Shown here one piece after another: positions 40,994-50,105 of a stretch of DNA of 64,000 bases. Positions within the stretch are counted from its first letter, which is position 1, and each line of letters opens with the position of its first letter. A program made the translations under genes and the position numbers. Source of the DNA: a virus (taxonomy: Duplodnaviria > Caudoviricetes); IMG/VR virus record IMGVR_UViG_3300020577_004280, positions 1 through 64,000 of that record. The stretch is one strand, 5' to 3'. The notes below the pieces were generated by a model. It worked only from the letters and a program-made list of their open reading frames with translations. It ran no database searches and was not told the DNA's origin.

Positions 40994-41392
40994 ATGAAAT
41001 CTATAGGCTCATTAAGATATGGAAATTCATCTTGGTATGCTGTATTGGATTGCTGTCCAGAGTTAGGTAGGTTATATAGAGAGCTATTTTATAGGTCTGT
41101 ATACAAAACTCGTAAGATACAAGCTACATTATGGGGTTCACATATCACTGTTATTCGTGATGAAGAACCAGTTAATAAAGAATTATGGAAAAAGTATGAA
41201 TGTGAATTGATAGAATTTACATACTCACCTATAGCTGAGTGTAATAGATACTATCACTGGATTCCAATAATTTGCCCTAGACTTGATGAAATAAGAACAG
41301 AGCTAGGTCTACCAAGTCCAGAGTATCCTTATCATTTGACTTTTGGTAATGAAGTGGTAAAACCTATAGATTATGAGGAAAGACCGAATTAA
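40994..41392 (+). CDS. 2H phosphoesterase-like protein
   Basis: two HxT motifs (SHITV, YHLTF). Confidence 0.65.
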   Translation: MKSIGSLRYGNSSWYAVLDCCPELGRLYRELFYRSVYKTRKIQATLWGSHITVIRDEEPVNKELWKKYECELIEFTYSPIAECNRYYHWIPIICPRLDEIRTELGLPSPEYPYHLTFGNEVVKPIDYEERPN

Positions 41393-41616
41393 TATGATAT
41401 ACTAAATTTTAGCGTTAATTGTTTTATACATAATTCCGGTGATTGTTGATGTATTTTGTCTTTTCAAAAGAAAAGGGTTTTCTGAATTTTACATATTATG
41501 TTTTCTACCAGTGATTAATATCATGTTAATGATTGATTGTTATAAGCATTATTATGAATTATATATTATGAAACGAGATATGATTAAAAATATTGAGGAC
41601 TATAAGTAAATATAAA

Positions 41617-41668
41617 GGTCTGTTAGTATAAGAGTAGTACGCTAGACTGTCTATCTTGAGGCGCGCGG
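41617..41668 (+). pseudogene. truncated tRNA-Asp(GUC), 5' portion only
   Basis: GGTCTGT, D arm GTA..TAC, CTAGA-CTGTCTA-TCTTG; no complete T arm or 3' acceptor strand. Confidence 0.6.
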
Positions 41669-42209
41669 AGAATTAGAAAGAAAATATCTAGAATTATTTG
41701 ATAAATTTTACAGAGATATCTACTGTGATGCAGAGTTGTTTATTAGACCATCCAGCGGATACAAACTCTTTACCGGCCAAATTATTAGTTACGATAATTT
41801 TGAACGAGATTTTCAGAGATTAGGATATAGCCCAATAGATTCAAACAAGATAGTTATTCTTTCATATCCTAAAAACATAGCTAAAGAATGACGAGTAGTC
41901 ATAGTTGATGGTAAAGCTATAACCTCTAGTGTGTATAAAGATAGAGGATACGCTATATCTAGTCCAACCCATACAGAAGATATTGATGAATTACATAAAT
42001 TTGCCGAAATGATAGCTAAGGAATATTCGCCAGAACCAATATTCTGTATTGATATCGGAGTATGTAGAAACCAAAACGAGTTAAAGTTAATAGAAATCAA
42101 TTCGTTTTCTTGCTCTGGACTTTACAAGTGTGACGAAACTATTATAGTTAAAGAAGTATCAGAACATTGTTGGAGGGAAAGTGAAATTCAAATTTGGCGA
42201 CAGAATTAA
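41667..42209 (+). pseudogene. ATP-grasp (DUF4343/R2K-like) gene remnant
   Basis: no start codon; GELERK...LFIRPSSGYKLFTG...KE*RVVIV (in-frame TGA at 41889)...IDIG...IEINSFSCSGLY. Confidence 0.7.
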
Positions 42210-42921
42210 AAACTCAAATCTTAAAGGCACTATAGTTTGTGCTGAATTCGGAGCAGGATTAGAGCTATATGTGATATGTGCCGATAAACCATCAACACGT
42301 TATACATTTAAAAATATACAAAAACTAGCAAAAAAGGTTCCAGGCGATACTTGTACTGATAAAGAAGAACTAAGAAAATCTAGAGAACTTTGCGGGCTAA
42401 TTAATATTGGAGAAACCAAATATTGTCATCCTATTGTTAGTAATCAAACAGATTTTCAAGATTTTAAAAAAATTGGAGAACAACCAGTTATTGAATCCAA
42501 ATTTAAACTTGGAGACAAGGTTGTAACTAATAAAACTGGACCTATCAATGTAGGTGAAATTATTGGATATGTAGATTTATATAAATACTACACTTCTGTA
42601 TCGTGGGAAAAATTATATCCACAATGTTATTATAAACTATTATATTTTATCAAATTAGATACTCCAAATAAAAGTCTAACTATAGATGAGTTTGTTAAAG
42701 GACAATTACATAATTTAGATGGTATAGTATCTAAATTACCAAAAAATATTGTAGATATAGTTAAAAATAATTTAGAGGTTAACCCATCACTATTAGTCGA
42801 TGTAAATGAAGATTTAAAAGAAGTTTATCAAACATTACCAAACGTTTTTTCAATTTGTGCCCCAGAAGATGATTTGAGTTATGCTGACGGCGGTAATATC
42901 ATAGACAGTCTTTTAGACTAG
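42181..42921 (+). CDS. hypothetical protein with two KFK.GD.V repeats
   Basis: 246 aa ORF. Confidence 0.6.
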   Translation: MKFKFGDRIKNSNLKGTIVCAEFGAGLELYVICADKPSTRYTFKNIQKLAKKVPGDTCTDKEELRKSRELCGLINIGETKYCHPIVSNQTDFQDFKKIGEQPVIESKFKLGDKVVTNKTGPINVGEIIGYVDLYKYYTSVSWEKLYPQCYYKLLYFIKLDTPNKSLTIDEFVKGQLHNLDGIVSKLPKNIVDIVKNNLEVNPSLLVDVNEDLKEVYQTLPNVFSICAPEDDLSYADGGNIIDSLLD

Positions 42922-43169
42922 AGGAAAAGAAATATGGAAATCGCCACCCAAATGAATATATTGATTGTTTATTGCGTTTTATCATATATAATTAGCCCGT
43001 TTATCATTATTTATTGTCTTCGTATGGATATAAATAAAAATCAAACCGAACCAGAACAGGTTGGGTTTGTATACTGTATATCTCCTATATTTTGTTTTAT
43101 TATGATTCCAGCTATAATATTTAAGACATTCGGAGAATTATTAGAATCTACTGCTCGTGGTAATAAATT

Positions 43170-43766
43170 ATGAGGGTATTGATAGCTTGTGAATTTTCAG
43201 GAGTAGTAAGAAGAGAGTTTGCTAAATTAGGACACGACGCTTGGTCTTGTGATTTACTTCCTGCGGAAGATAATGATAAAAACCATTTACAATGTAACGT
43301 ATTAGCAGTATTATCCCAAGACTGGGATTTAATGATTGCTCACCCACCATGCACATATTTATGTTCTTCTGGATTACATTGGAATACAAAAGATAAATCT
43401 CGTGCGGCACAAACAGAAATAGCTCTATATTTTGTACAAACATTACTAGATGCCCCAATTCATAAGATTGCTTTAGAAAATCCAATTGGATGTATCAGTA
43501 CAAGAATTCGCAAACCAGACCAGATTGTACAACCCTATCAATTTGGTCATGACGCGAGTAAAGCAACCTGTTTGTGGTTAAAGGGATTGGATAAACTAAT
43601 CCCGACAAAATATATTGAACCTAGAATCGTTAACGGTAAGAAAAGATGGGCGAATCAAACTGATAGTGGACAAAATAGATTACCACCATCAAAAGATAGA
43701 TGGGCGTTACGCAGTATAACGTATCAAGGTCTTGCGGAATGTATGGCAAATACTTGGGGGCAATAA
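43170..43766 (+). CDS. DNA cytosine methyltransferase-like protein
   Basis: MRVLIACEFSG, WSCDL, IAHPPCTYL, LENP, A.CMANTWG. Confidence 0.8.
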   Translation: MRVLIACEFSGVVRREFAKLGHDAWSCDLLPAEDNDKNHLQCNVLAVLSQDWDLMIAHPPCTYLCSSGLHWNTKDKSRAAQTEIALYFVQTLLDAPIHKIALENPIGCISTRIRKPDQIVQPYQFGHDASKATCLWLKGLDKLIPTKYIEPRIVNGKKRWANQTDSGQNRLPPSKDRWALRSITYQGLAECMANTWGQ

Positions 43767-43848
43767 TGACAGTCTTAGGAATCTTCGGCGGAATATATTT
43801 GACGACAATTTTGGTAGAAATTCTCATAAATGGACAAAGGAGTTGTCC

Positions 43849-44652
43849 ATGAACGTGTTAATTACCGGTGGCTATGGATTTATCGGCTCATATTTATATA
43901 ACCAACTTAATAATCAGCCTGAAAGATTGAAAGATAATTGGAACATAATTCAATCCAGTAAAAATGGATTTTATAGTCAATTAGATAAAAAATTTGATAT
44001 AATCTACCATCTAGCAGCATACTCAAGAGTGCCTGGCTCTAACCTACCCGAGAATCATATATTTGAAAACAATATAGTTTCCTTACAACAATCATTGGAG
44101 TTAGCTAGACAAACTGGGGCCAAATTAGTCTTTACCTCTACGAGTTACTGCAATGTCAGTAAAAACGCAAACTATTATGCTTTTTCCAAACATATTGGAG
44201 AACAGTTATGTGAATTTTATCATAAAACTTATAACGTCGATGTTGCGGTTGTGAGACTTTTCAACGTGTATGGAAATCAAATTTCTAACTATCCCCAATG
44301 GAAACTTGGCGTAATTGACAAATTTTTGCTTGACAAATCTCTTGGAGCCGGATACATTATCAACAACACAGGTGAGCAACGACGCGACTACGTTCATATT
44401 TCCGATGTTGTCTCAGCCCTAATAATTCTTGGATTCAACAAAACTAATCCATTAAAACTGTATGAAGTTGGTACAGGAGAAACATATTCAGTCAACGAAA
44501 TAGCGAAAATGATTTTCGGCGATATGAAACCTTTAGCACAAATTAAGGTAAGTGGCGAGATTATGAATTCTCAATCATTAGGCGGTATTCAACACATGAT
44601 TGAGCTAGGATGGAAACATAAAATAAACTTGACTAATTTTTTGAAATCTTAA
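43849..44652 (+). CDS. NAD-dependent epimerase/dehydratase
   Basis: TGGYGFIG, YHLAA, YAFSK, RLFNVYG, RDYVHI; AAGGAG RBS before MNVLITGG. Confidence 0.9.
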   Translation: MNVLITGGYGFIGSYLYNQLNNQPERLKDNWNIIQSSKNGFYSQLDKKFDIIYHLAAYSRVPGSNLPENHIFENNIVSLQQSLELARQTGAKLVFTSTSYCNVSKNANYYAFSKHIGEQLCEFYHKTYNVDVAVVRLFNVYGNQISNYPQWKLGVIDKFLLDKSLGAGYIINNTGEQRRDYVHISDVVSALIILGFNKTNPLKLYEVGTGETYSVNEIAKMIFGDMKPLAQIKVSGEIMNSQSLGGIQHMIELGWKHKINLTNFLKS

Positions 44653-44670
44653 AAATTTTTTATAATCACC

Positions 44671-44699
44671 TTGATATTTTACCAATCAGTGATTATACT
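44671..44699 (+). promoter_or_regulatory. sigma70-type promoter
   Basis: TTGATA-17 nt-TATACT heading the small-ORF/TROVE cluster. Confidence 0.6.
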
Positions 44700-45670
44700 A
44701 ATGTTGTAGTTGGGAGGAAAAACAAACTATGTTCTTTTTTGGTAAAATTAATTACGCTAAACAATTACGAAATAAATTAAACTTGATACAAAATGGTGAT
44801 GATGTATGTATCAAATATAAATATAGGGATGGTCGAATAGAGGAAATTACTGGTTCTAAAGGAAGGAATTCATCTGGCTTCAGACTGCTTACTCAAGGTG
44901 ATAATGACTATAAAGAGTATAGTTACGATAATATAATTGAATTAGTATCATGGAAAGCATCAACATGATAGAATGTATACCGTTTTTACCGTGGATAATT
45001 TCGATACCAATTTTACGTTACTTGTACTCTCTTGGATACTTTGAAAGTGAAAAACAAGACCCAGCTAGTGAACAAATATTTGTATCTATGTTGTGGATGT
45101 TGTCACCATTAGTTATAATTGGTTGTATTATGTATTTATCAGCTATCAGTTTATTTTCTGTGATTTCTACACCAATGAAGTTACCAACCTTTACCACCAA
45201 AATTAAATATAAGGAATAAATTATGGATATTAAATTTAAAAGTTATGACCCAATACATAAATCAGCCGCGTCATTTGGTTTATCACTACGAAAAGCGGAT
45301 TTATTTAACAATCCGGTTGCCAGTGATACTGATTTAGTTTATAAAGGATATAAATTATGTGGACAGCTCATAACTAATGGTAATACATATACATTAGAGG
45401 TATTTAACAACGTTAATACACTTCACGCGTTTGCTTCAGATATTGAAGCTACAACTGACAAAAAAGTTATATTTAAGATTGAAGACTGATGAAAATCAAT
45501 TATAAGGTTACAAGCAGAGATTCAGAATATTTGAATTTACTATCCAAAATTCTTGAAAACTTCAGTTTACTATTAATTCCAGTATATATTTGTCTATTAG
45601 CAATAATAATACTATATTGGAAAATAATATTAGCTACATTAATTGTTGTAGTAGTAATTAAACAATTTAT

Positions 45671-45793
45671 ACCGAGATAGCTCAGGTAGCAGAGCAACAA
45701 AGTCCAGTGAATTATTCATTATTTGCCAGTAATGGATGCGGAATAATCTACATATCAATTTGTAGGTCGTAGGTGCGAGTCCTACTCTCGGTT
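45671..45793 (+). ncRNA. tRNA-Y RNA chimera (Y-like module in place of anticodon loop), copy 1
   Basis: 7-bp acceptor ACCGAGA/TCTCGGT, D arm, T arm GTAGG-TGCGAGT-CCTAC; ACAAA/TTTGT stem encloses ATTATTC-ATTATTTG-CCA-GTAA-TGG-ATGCG-GAATAAT-CTACAT. Confidence 0.75.
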
Positions 45794-45846
45794 TTATTAC
45801 ATTGTCCTTTTAGGAAACTTAAACCATCGCTAAGCGATGTAGAGGA

Positions 45847-47427
45847 ATGAAAATCATGGTAAACAAATCAATGTTCAAAACTAACACACAAACAAAGCTT
45901 GTAAAGAACGAAGCTGGTGGTAACGCCTTCAGTCTTTCTGACGAAAATGCTCTATGTCAAATGGTTGTAACCAACTGTTTTAATGGAGTATATTACTCAA
46001 GTGCCGAAGAACTATTAAATAACGTGAAAAACATCCTAAAAGGATGTAGTTCACAATTAGTAGCTAAAGCCGCTGTGTATGGCCACGAGCAAGGTAGAAT
46101 GAAGGATATGCCAGCGTATCTACTAGCTGTTTTAGCTGCTCGCGGCGAAACAAAACTAGTTAACAGAATCTTCAATAGAGTTATTACTAACGCTAAAATG
46201 TTGTGTAACTTTGTACAAATTATTCGTAGCGGTGAAACTGGTCGTAAGTCATTTGGTTCTTCAATTAAGAAACTAATCCAAAATTGGCTAAATAATAGAA
46301 CACCAGATAGATTGTTTGATGACGCAGTTGGTCACGCCAAACCATCGTTAGCAGATGTAATTAAGATGGTTCACCCAAAACCATCTACTCCAGCACACGA
46401 AGCTATGTTTGCTTACCTAATCGGTAAGGATTATAATTGGGAAGTTATGCCAGAAAGAGTACGTCAATACGAAATCTTTAAGAAAACATCTGAAGGAAGT
46501 GTACCACAAGTAGATTTTCGTCTTTTGTCCAATCTGAAGTTATCTGACCTTCAATGGCGTGAAGTAGCTCTTAATATGAGATGGGATACATTACGACGTA
46601 ACCTAAACACAATTGGTCGTAATAATGTTCTCACTGATGATAAAACAGTAAAACTACTAGCTCGTAAACTAGGAGATGGAGAAACTGTACGGAAAGTGAA
46701 AGCTTTCCCATACGAATTACTTACAACTTATCTAAACGCTACAGACTTACCACAAACTCTTAAAAACTCACTACACGACGCTCTAGAAGCTTCTGTAGAT
46801 AATATTCCTGATTTCGGTATTAAGACTGTAGTATGTGTAGATACATCTGGTTCAATGTCCTCACCAATTACTGGTAGTCGTGGTACTGCTACTAGCAAGG
46901 CAACTTGTGTACAAGTAGCATCAGTTATCGCGGCATCAATATTGCGTAAGAATAGCGAACACACTTTAGTATTACCGTTTGATACATCTGTTCACTCTAT
47001 TCAAATTGATGGTAGAGATACTATCATGACTAACTCCCAAAAATTAGCTAGAAATGGTGGTGGTACAGATTGTAGTTGTGCATTACGTCACCTTAACCAC
47101 ACAGACCATAAGGCTGATTTGGTAATTTATGTATCTGATAATATGAGTTGGGCAGATTATGCTAGTAATCGAGGAGGATGTTGGTGGGCTGGCGGGTATA
47201 ATAATATCACCGGAACTAAAGCTGAATGGCAAAGCTATAAAAAACGTAACCCAAACGCCAAATTAGTTCTTATTGACCTACAACCATATACTACAACTCA
47301 AGTTAGTGATAGTAAGGATGTACTTAATATTGGCGGTTGGAATGATGCTCAATTTACAGCAATCGAAAGATTCGTAAATGGAGAAAAATTAGATTTTACC
47401 AAGATAATAAAAGAAACCACTATCTAA
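45847..47427 (+). CDS. rsr: Ro60/Rsr TROVE-domain RNA-binding protein
   Basis: NEAGG.AF, DMPAYLLA, GRKSFG, LADVIKMVHPKP, LRRNL, FPYELL, vWA MIDAS DTSGSM, GGGTDC, SD, IGGWND. Confidence 0.93.
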   Translation: MKIMVNKSMFKTNTQTKLVKNEAGGNAFSLSDENALCQMVVTNCFNGVYYSSAEELLNNVKNILKGCSSQLVAKAAVYGHEQGRMKDMPAYLLAVLAARGETKLVNRIFNRVITNAKMLCNFVQIIRSGETGRKSFGSSIKKLIQNWLNNRTPDRLFDDAVGHAKPSLADVIKMVHPKPSTPAHEAMFAYLIGKDYNWEVMPERVRQYEIFKKTSEGSVPQVDFRLLSNLKLSDLQWREVALNMRWDTLRRNLNTIGRNNVLTDDKTVKLLARKLGDGETVRKVKAFPYELLTTYLNATDLPQTLKNSLHDALEASVDNIPDFGIKTVVCVDTSGSMSSPITGSRGTATSKATCVQVASVIAASILRKNSEHTLVLPFDTSVHSIQIDGRDTIMTNSQKLARNGGGTDCSCALRHLNHTDHKADLVIYVSDNMSWADYASNRGGCWWAGGYNNITGTKAEWQSYKKRNPNAKLVLIDLQPYTTTQVSDSKDVLNIGGWNDAQFTAIERFVNGEKLDFTKIIKETTI

Positions 47428-47448
47428 CGATAGTGTATTATGGAAAAT

Positions 47449-47513
47449 TCCGAATGCTCGTGTCGATTACATCGAAAATGATTTCACCAAAAAATCGCAC
47501 AATTTTTGTCGGA
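47449..47513 (+). ncRNA. Y-RNA-like hairpin, copy 2
   Basis: TCCGA-ATGC-TCG-TGTCGAT-TACAT...ATCGCACA-ATTTTTG-TCGGA; directly after TROVE. Confidence 0.75.
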
Positions 47514-47600
47514 TTTATCTTTTAAACTACGTTTTCATCAGAAAACGGTGTATAATACTGTGTAAGATGTTAGTTAATTAAAACGGAGATTAGAAGTATC

Positions 47601-47759
47601 ATGAAGAAAATTATTAGTTTAGTATGTGTTTTAGCTATTGTCACATCAGTTGGAATTGCTGAAGCTGGTAAAAAGGGTTGTCGTAAAGGTAAGTGTTCTG
47701 CGCAAACCTGTGCTTGCGGTGTAAACTGTCAATGCGGCGATAATTGTAATTGTAAGTAA
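47601..47759 (+). CDS. secreted Cys-rich metallothionein-like peptide (52 aa)
   Basis: signal peptide then GKKGCRKGKCSAQTCACGVNCQCGDNCNCK; GGAG RBS. Confidence 0.65.
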   Translation: MKKIISLVCVLAIVTSVGIAEAGKKGCRKGKCSAQTCACGVNCQCGDNCNCK

Positions 47760-47804
47760 TAATTAGAGTTTTGCTGTTCTCAATTATCAAAAACGGCAAT
47801 TTAT

Positions 47805-47876
47805 CGCGGGTGGTAGGTCAGCATCTTCTAACCCTCATAAGGTTAGCAAACGTCGGGCGGCACGACGACTCCGCAA
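47805..47876 (+). tRNA. tRNA-Met(CAU), initiator-like
   Basis: CGCGGG/CTCCGCA with C1:A72 mismatch, CTAACC-CTCATAA-GGTTAG; atypical D/T loops. Confidence 0.65.
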
Positions 47877-47877
47877 T

Positions 47878-47944
47878 TTCTCAAATGCTTTAGTAAACTA
47901 CATAGGCTTTTATCTAAATAACGTTTACTTGATTTTGTTGAGAA
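47878..47944 (+). ncRNA. Y-RNA-like hairpin, copy 3
   Basis: TTCTCAA-ATGC-TTT-AGTAAAC-TACAT...GTTTACT-TGATTTTG-TTGAGAA. Confidence 0.7.
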
Positions 47945-47950
47945 TTATAC

Positions 47951-48021
47951 AGCCAGTGGCAGGTAGGCATCTGGAAACCTCCCATAAGGGTTTTTAAGGA
48001 ATTCGATTTTCCAACTGGCTA
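47951..48021 (+). tRNA. tRNA-Met/Ile(CAU)
   Basis: AGCCAGT/ACTGGCT, AAACCT-CCCATAA-GGGTTT, T loop TTCGATT. Confidence 0.7.
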
Positions 48022-48132
48022 CTAATCTTTGAGAGAAAGTATGACAAAATATACACTAGATGAATTAACGAACGCTGTAAAAATAGTTTTAGTATTTCTG
48101 CTGATATTGGCAAAAACAAAAATATAGTAAAA

Positions 48133-48207
48133 GGGCTATTGGCACAGCGGCAACTGCAATAGATTTACATTCTATCCCAATCGTAGGTTCGAGTCCTACA
48201 TAGCCCA
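48133..48207 (+). tRNA. tRNA-Val(UAC)
   Basis: GGGCTAT/ATAGCCC, ATAGA-TTTACAT-TCTAT, GTAGG-TTCGAGT-CCTAC. Confidence 0.88.
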
Positions 48208-48210
48208 TTT

Positions 48211-48337
48211 TGGTCGGTAGTTTAAGTAAAATGTACAAAGTTTAACTACCATCTCTTGCTGAGGAATCAGATGCTCGGCTAGTTTACATATTCTTCTGGT
48301 AAAGGAAAGATGTGGGTATCAAATCCCACCCGACCAC
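48211..48337 (+). ncRNA. tRNA-Y RNA chimera, copy 4
   Basis: TGGTCGG/CCGACCA acceptor, T arm GTGGG..CCCAC; insert AACTACC-ATCTCTTG-CTGA-GGAA-TCAG-ATGCTC-GGCTAGTT-TACAT. Confidence 0.7.
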
Positions 48338-48728
48338 TATAATTAAGTTATGGCAACTAGCCATATAGGATTTTATCATTGTCAGAGACAATAAAGGAAA
48401 AGAAAATGCAAAAAGTAGACATGTCGGTTAAGGGACAAAATCGTAGGGTTTATCTAGAGAAGGCTATTAATAAGAATAGCTGGCTAGCTAGAGTATATGT
48501 AGGAAGCTCTGTAGTATCTGGAAAATTAGTAAAATATTCCAATGGTGCCAAGAGATTCTATCCATTAGGTAAAAATGCTAATCTAATTTAGACTTACCCG
48601 CCATGTGTGGGAAAAGATGTCGCACCGTCTCTAATACAGGCGAGGCGAATTTAATAAAACGGTTGGTGACGGTTATCCAAAATTAGCTAATGCTCCGGCT
48701 TCAAAACTAATTTAAAAACTGAAGATAT

Positions 48729-48816
48729 TCCAGTGGGGGTACTAACGGTAGTATCGTTCGGCTGTTAACCGAAAATGGGAGAAATCCCTATGCAAGTTCG
48801 AGTCTTGCCGCTGGAG
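48729..48816 (+). tRNA. tRNA-Asn(GUU) with long variable arm
   Basis: TCCAGTG/CGCTGGA, TTCGG-CTGTTAA-CCGAA, V arm GGGA-GAAA-TCCC, GCAAG-TTCGAGT-CTTGC. Confidence 0.85.
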
Positions 48817-48818
48817 CT

Positions 48819-48885
48819 AATCTGAATACTCATAAGAAGTACATATCTGTTAAATATCAATCCTTCTTATATCTCTTGTCAGATT
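48819..48885 (+). ncRNA. Y-RNA-like hairpin, copy 5
   Basis: AATCTGA-ATAC-TC-ATAAGAAG-TACAT...CTTCTTAT-ATCTCTTG-TCAGATT. Confidence 0.75.
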
Positions 48886-48909
48886 CTTCTAAATACATAG
48901 TATAATAAA

Positions 48910-49770
48910 ATGAGTCAAAACCCAAAACTTACCAAGGAGATATTATCTCCATTAATTAATAAAGGTCTGAATGGAAGAGAAATAGCAGAAACTCTAGGTT
49001 ATTCTATATCTTATATACAACATCTAATGAGCAGATTAAATCTTAAATGTATAAGTAAAGATAAATATAAAAAAGATAAAATTGAAAAAGCCGTAAAAGA
49101 TTCGTTGTGTTTTAAAGATGTCTGTAGAAATCTGGATATTTCCCACCAAGGTGGAGCCTATATTAAACTAAAAATTCTTATTAAAAAATATAACATAGAT
49201 TGCTCCCATTTTCTTGGTAGTTCAGCATACTCTGGTAAAAGAAGAAAAAATTATCAGCCCGCCAAAAACGTGTTGCACGATAAGCATGAATTTAGGGTAT
49301 CATCAGAACAATTGAGAAGCCAAATGCTTGCCAACGGATTTGAATACATATGCGTAGAATGTGGGCAACAACCAGTTTGGAATAATAAACCTCTAACATT
49401 GCATATTGACCATATAAACGGTAACAATTGCGATAATCGAAAAGAAAATTTAAGATTTTTGTGTCCACACTGTCATAGCCAAACACCTAATTTTGGAAGT
49501 AAAAATTCTAAAAGAAATAAGAAAATATATTATTGTTTATGTGGCAATAAGAAAGAGAAAAAGTCAATTTCTTGCCAACAATGTTGTGTATTAAGAAAAA
49601 ATGACAAAATTCCTAAAAAAGAAGAATTAGAAAATCTTATTTGGGTAATACCCTCTACACATATAGCTAAAAAATATGGAGTGAGTGATAGAGCTATCGG
49701 AAAATGGTGTGTTAAATATAATATTGCTAAACCACCAAGAGGGTATTGGTTGAAAAATAAAGTGGTCTGA
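48910..49770 (+). CDS. HNH homing endonuclease
   Basis: CVECG...LTLHIDHINGNNCDNRKENLRFLCPHCHSQT; HTH at both ends. Confidence 0.9.
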   Translation: MSQNPKLTKEILSPLINKGLNGREIAETLGYSISYIQHLMSRLNLKCISKDKYKKDKIEKAVKDSLCFKDVCRNLDISHQGGAYIKLKILIKKYNIDCSHFLGSSAYSGKRRKNYQPAKNVLHDKHEFRVSSEQLRSQMLANGFEYICVECGQQPVWNNKPLTLHIDHINGNNCDNRKENLRFLCPHCHSQTPNFGSKNSKRNKKIYYCLCGNKKEKKSISCQQCCVLRKNDKIPKKEELENLIWVIPSTHIAKKYGVSDRAIGKWCVKYNIAKPPRGYWLKNKVV

Positions 49771-49834
49771 GCCGGTATGGTTATGGCTTCCGCTTGAAAT
49801 CCGGAAAAAATAAGTTCAATTCTTATAGACCACA
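49762..49834 (+). tRNA. tRNA-Phe(GAA)
   Basis: GTGGTCT/AGACCAC, TTCCG..TTGAAAT..CGGAA, ATAAG-TTCAATT-CTTAT. Confidence 0.7.
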
Positions 49835-50030
49835 CTATTAGCAAAAGTAACCAACTATCGCTATTGGAGTAGACGGTGTTGTAGATTTGCTAACTCTTAT
49901 TTTACAATTAATTTCGGAGTAGTTAACCGATACGTGTTAGTTTGTAAAATATTTTCCAAGTTTAGTAAAATTTGGTGGTGGGAAGGTGCAAACACCCTCA
50001 TGTTCGGTCTAACATTAAAATAGACCATAT

Positions 50031-50103
50031 AGTGTCGAAGATTTGATAGTAAATCGGGTGGTCTGGAGCCATCAGACTGTGAGTGCAACTCTCACCGACG
50101 CTA
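50031..50103 (+). tRNA. tRNA-Pro(UGG), atypical loop
   Basis: AGTGTCG/CGACGCT, GGTGG-TCTGGAG-CCATC, GTGAG-TGCAACT-CTCAC. Confidence 0.65.
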
Positions 50104-50105
50104 CT

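Noticed and set aside
41889-41891. TGA recoded as Trp (alternative genetic code)
   Set aside because: It is a single case, in a gene that also lacks its 5' end. Many intact genes end in TGA with ATGA coupling, and tRNA-Trp has a CCA anticodon.
45702-45758. Insert in the tRNA-like element as a group I or archaeal-type intron
   Set aside because: Too short for group I, no bulge-helix-bulge seen, and it matches the module found free-standing elsewhere.
48596-48720. Possible amber-suppressor tRNA (CTCTAAT) or eighth Y module
   Set aside because: No convincing cloverleaf. There is only an ACCGTC/GACGGT stem with ATGT and TACAG, and the closing TTG stem is absent.
49840-50020. Additional tRNA or Y copy between tRNA-Phe and tRNA-Pro
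   Set aside because: Some hairpins are present, but there is no cloverleaf and no ATRY/TACAT/TTG module.
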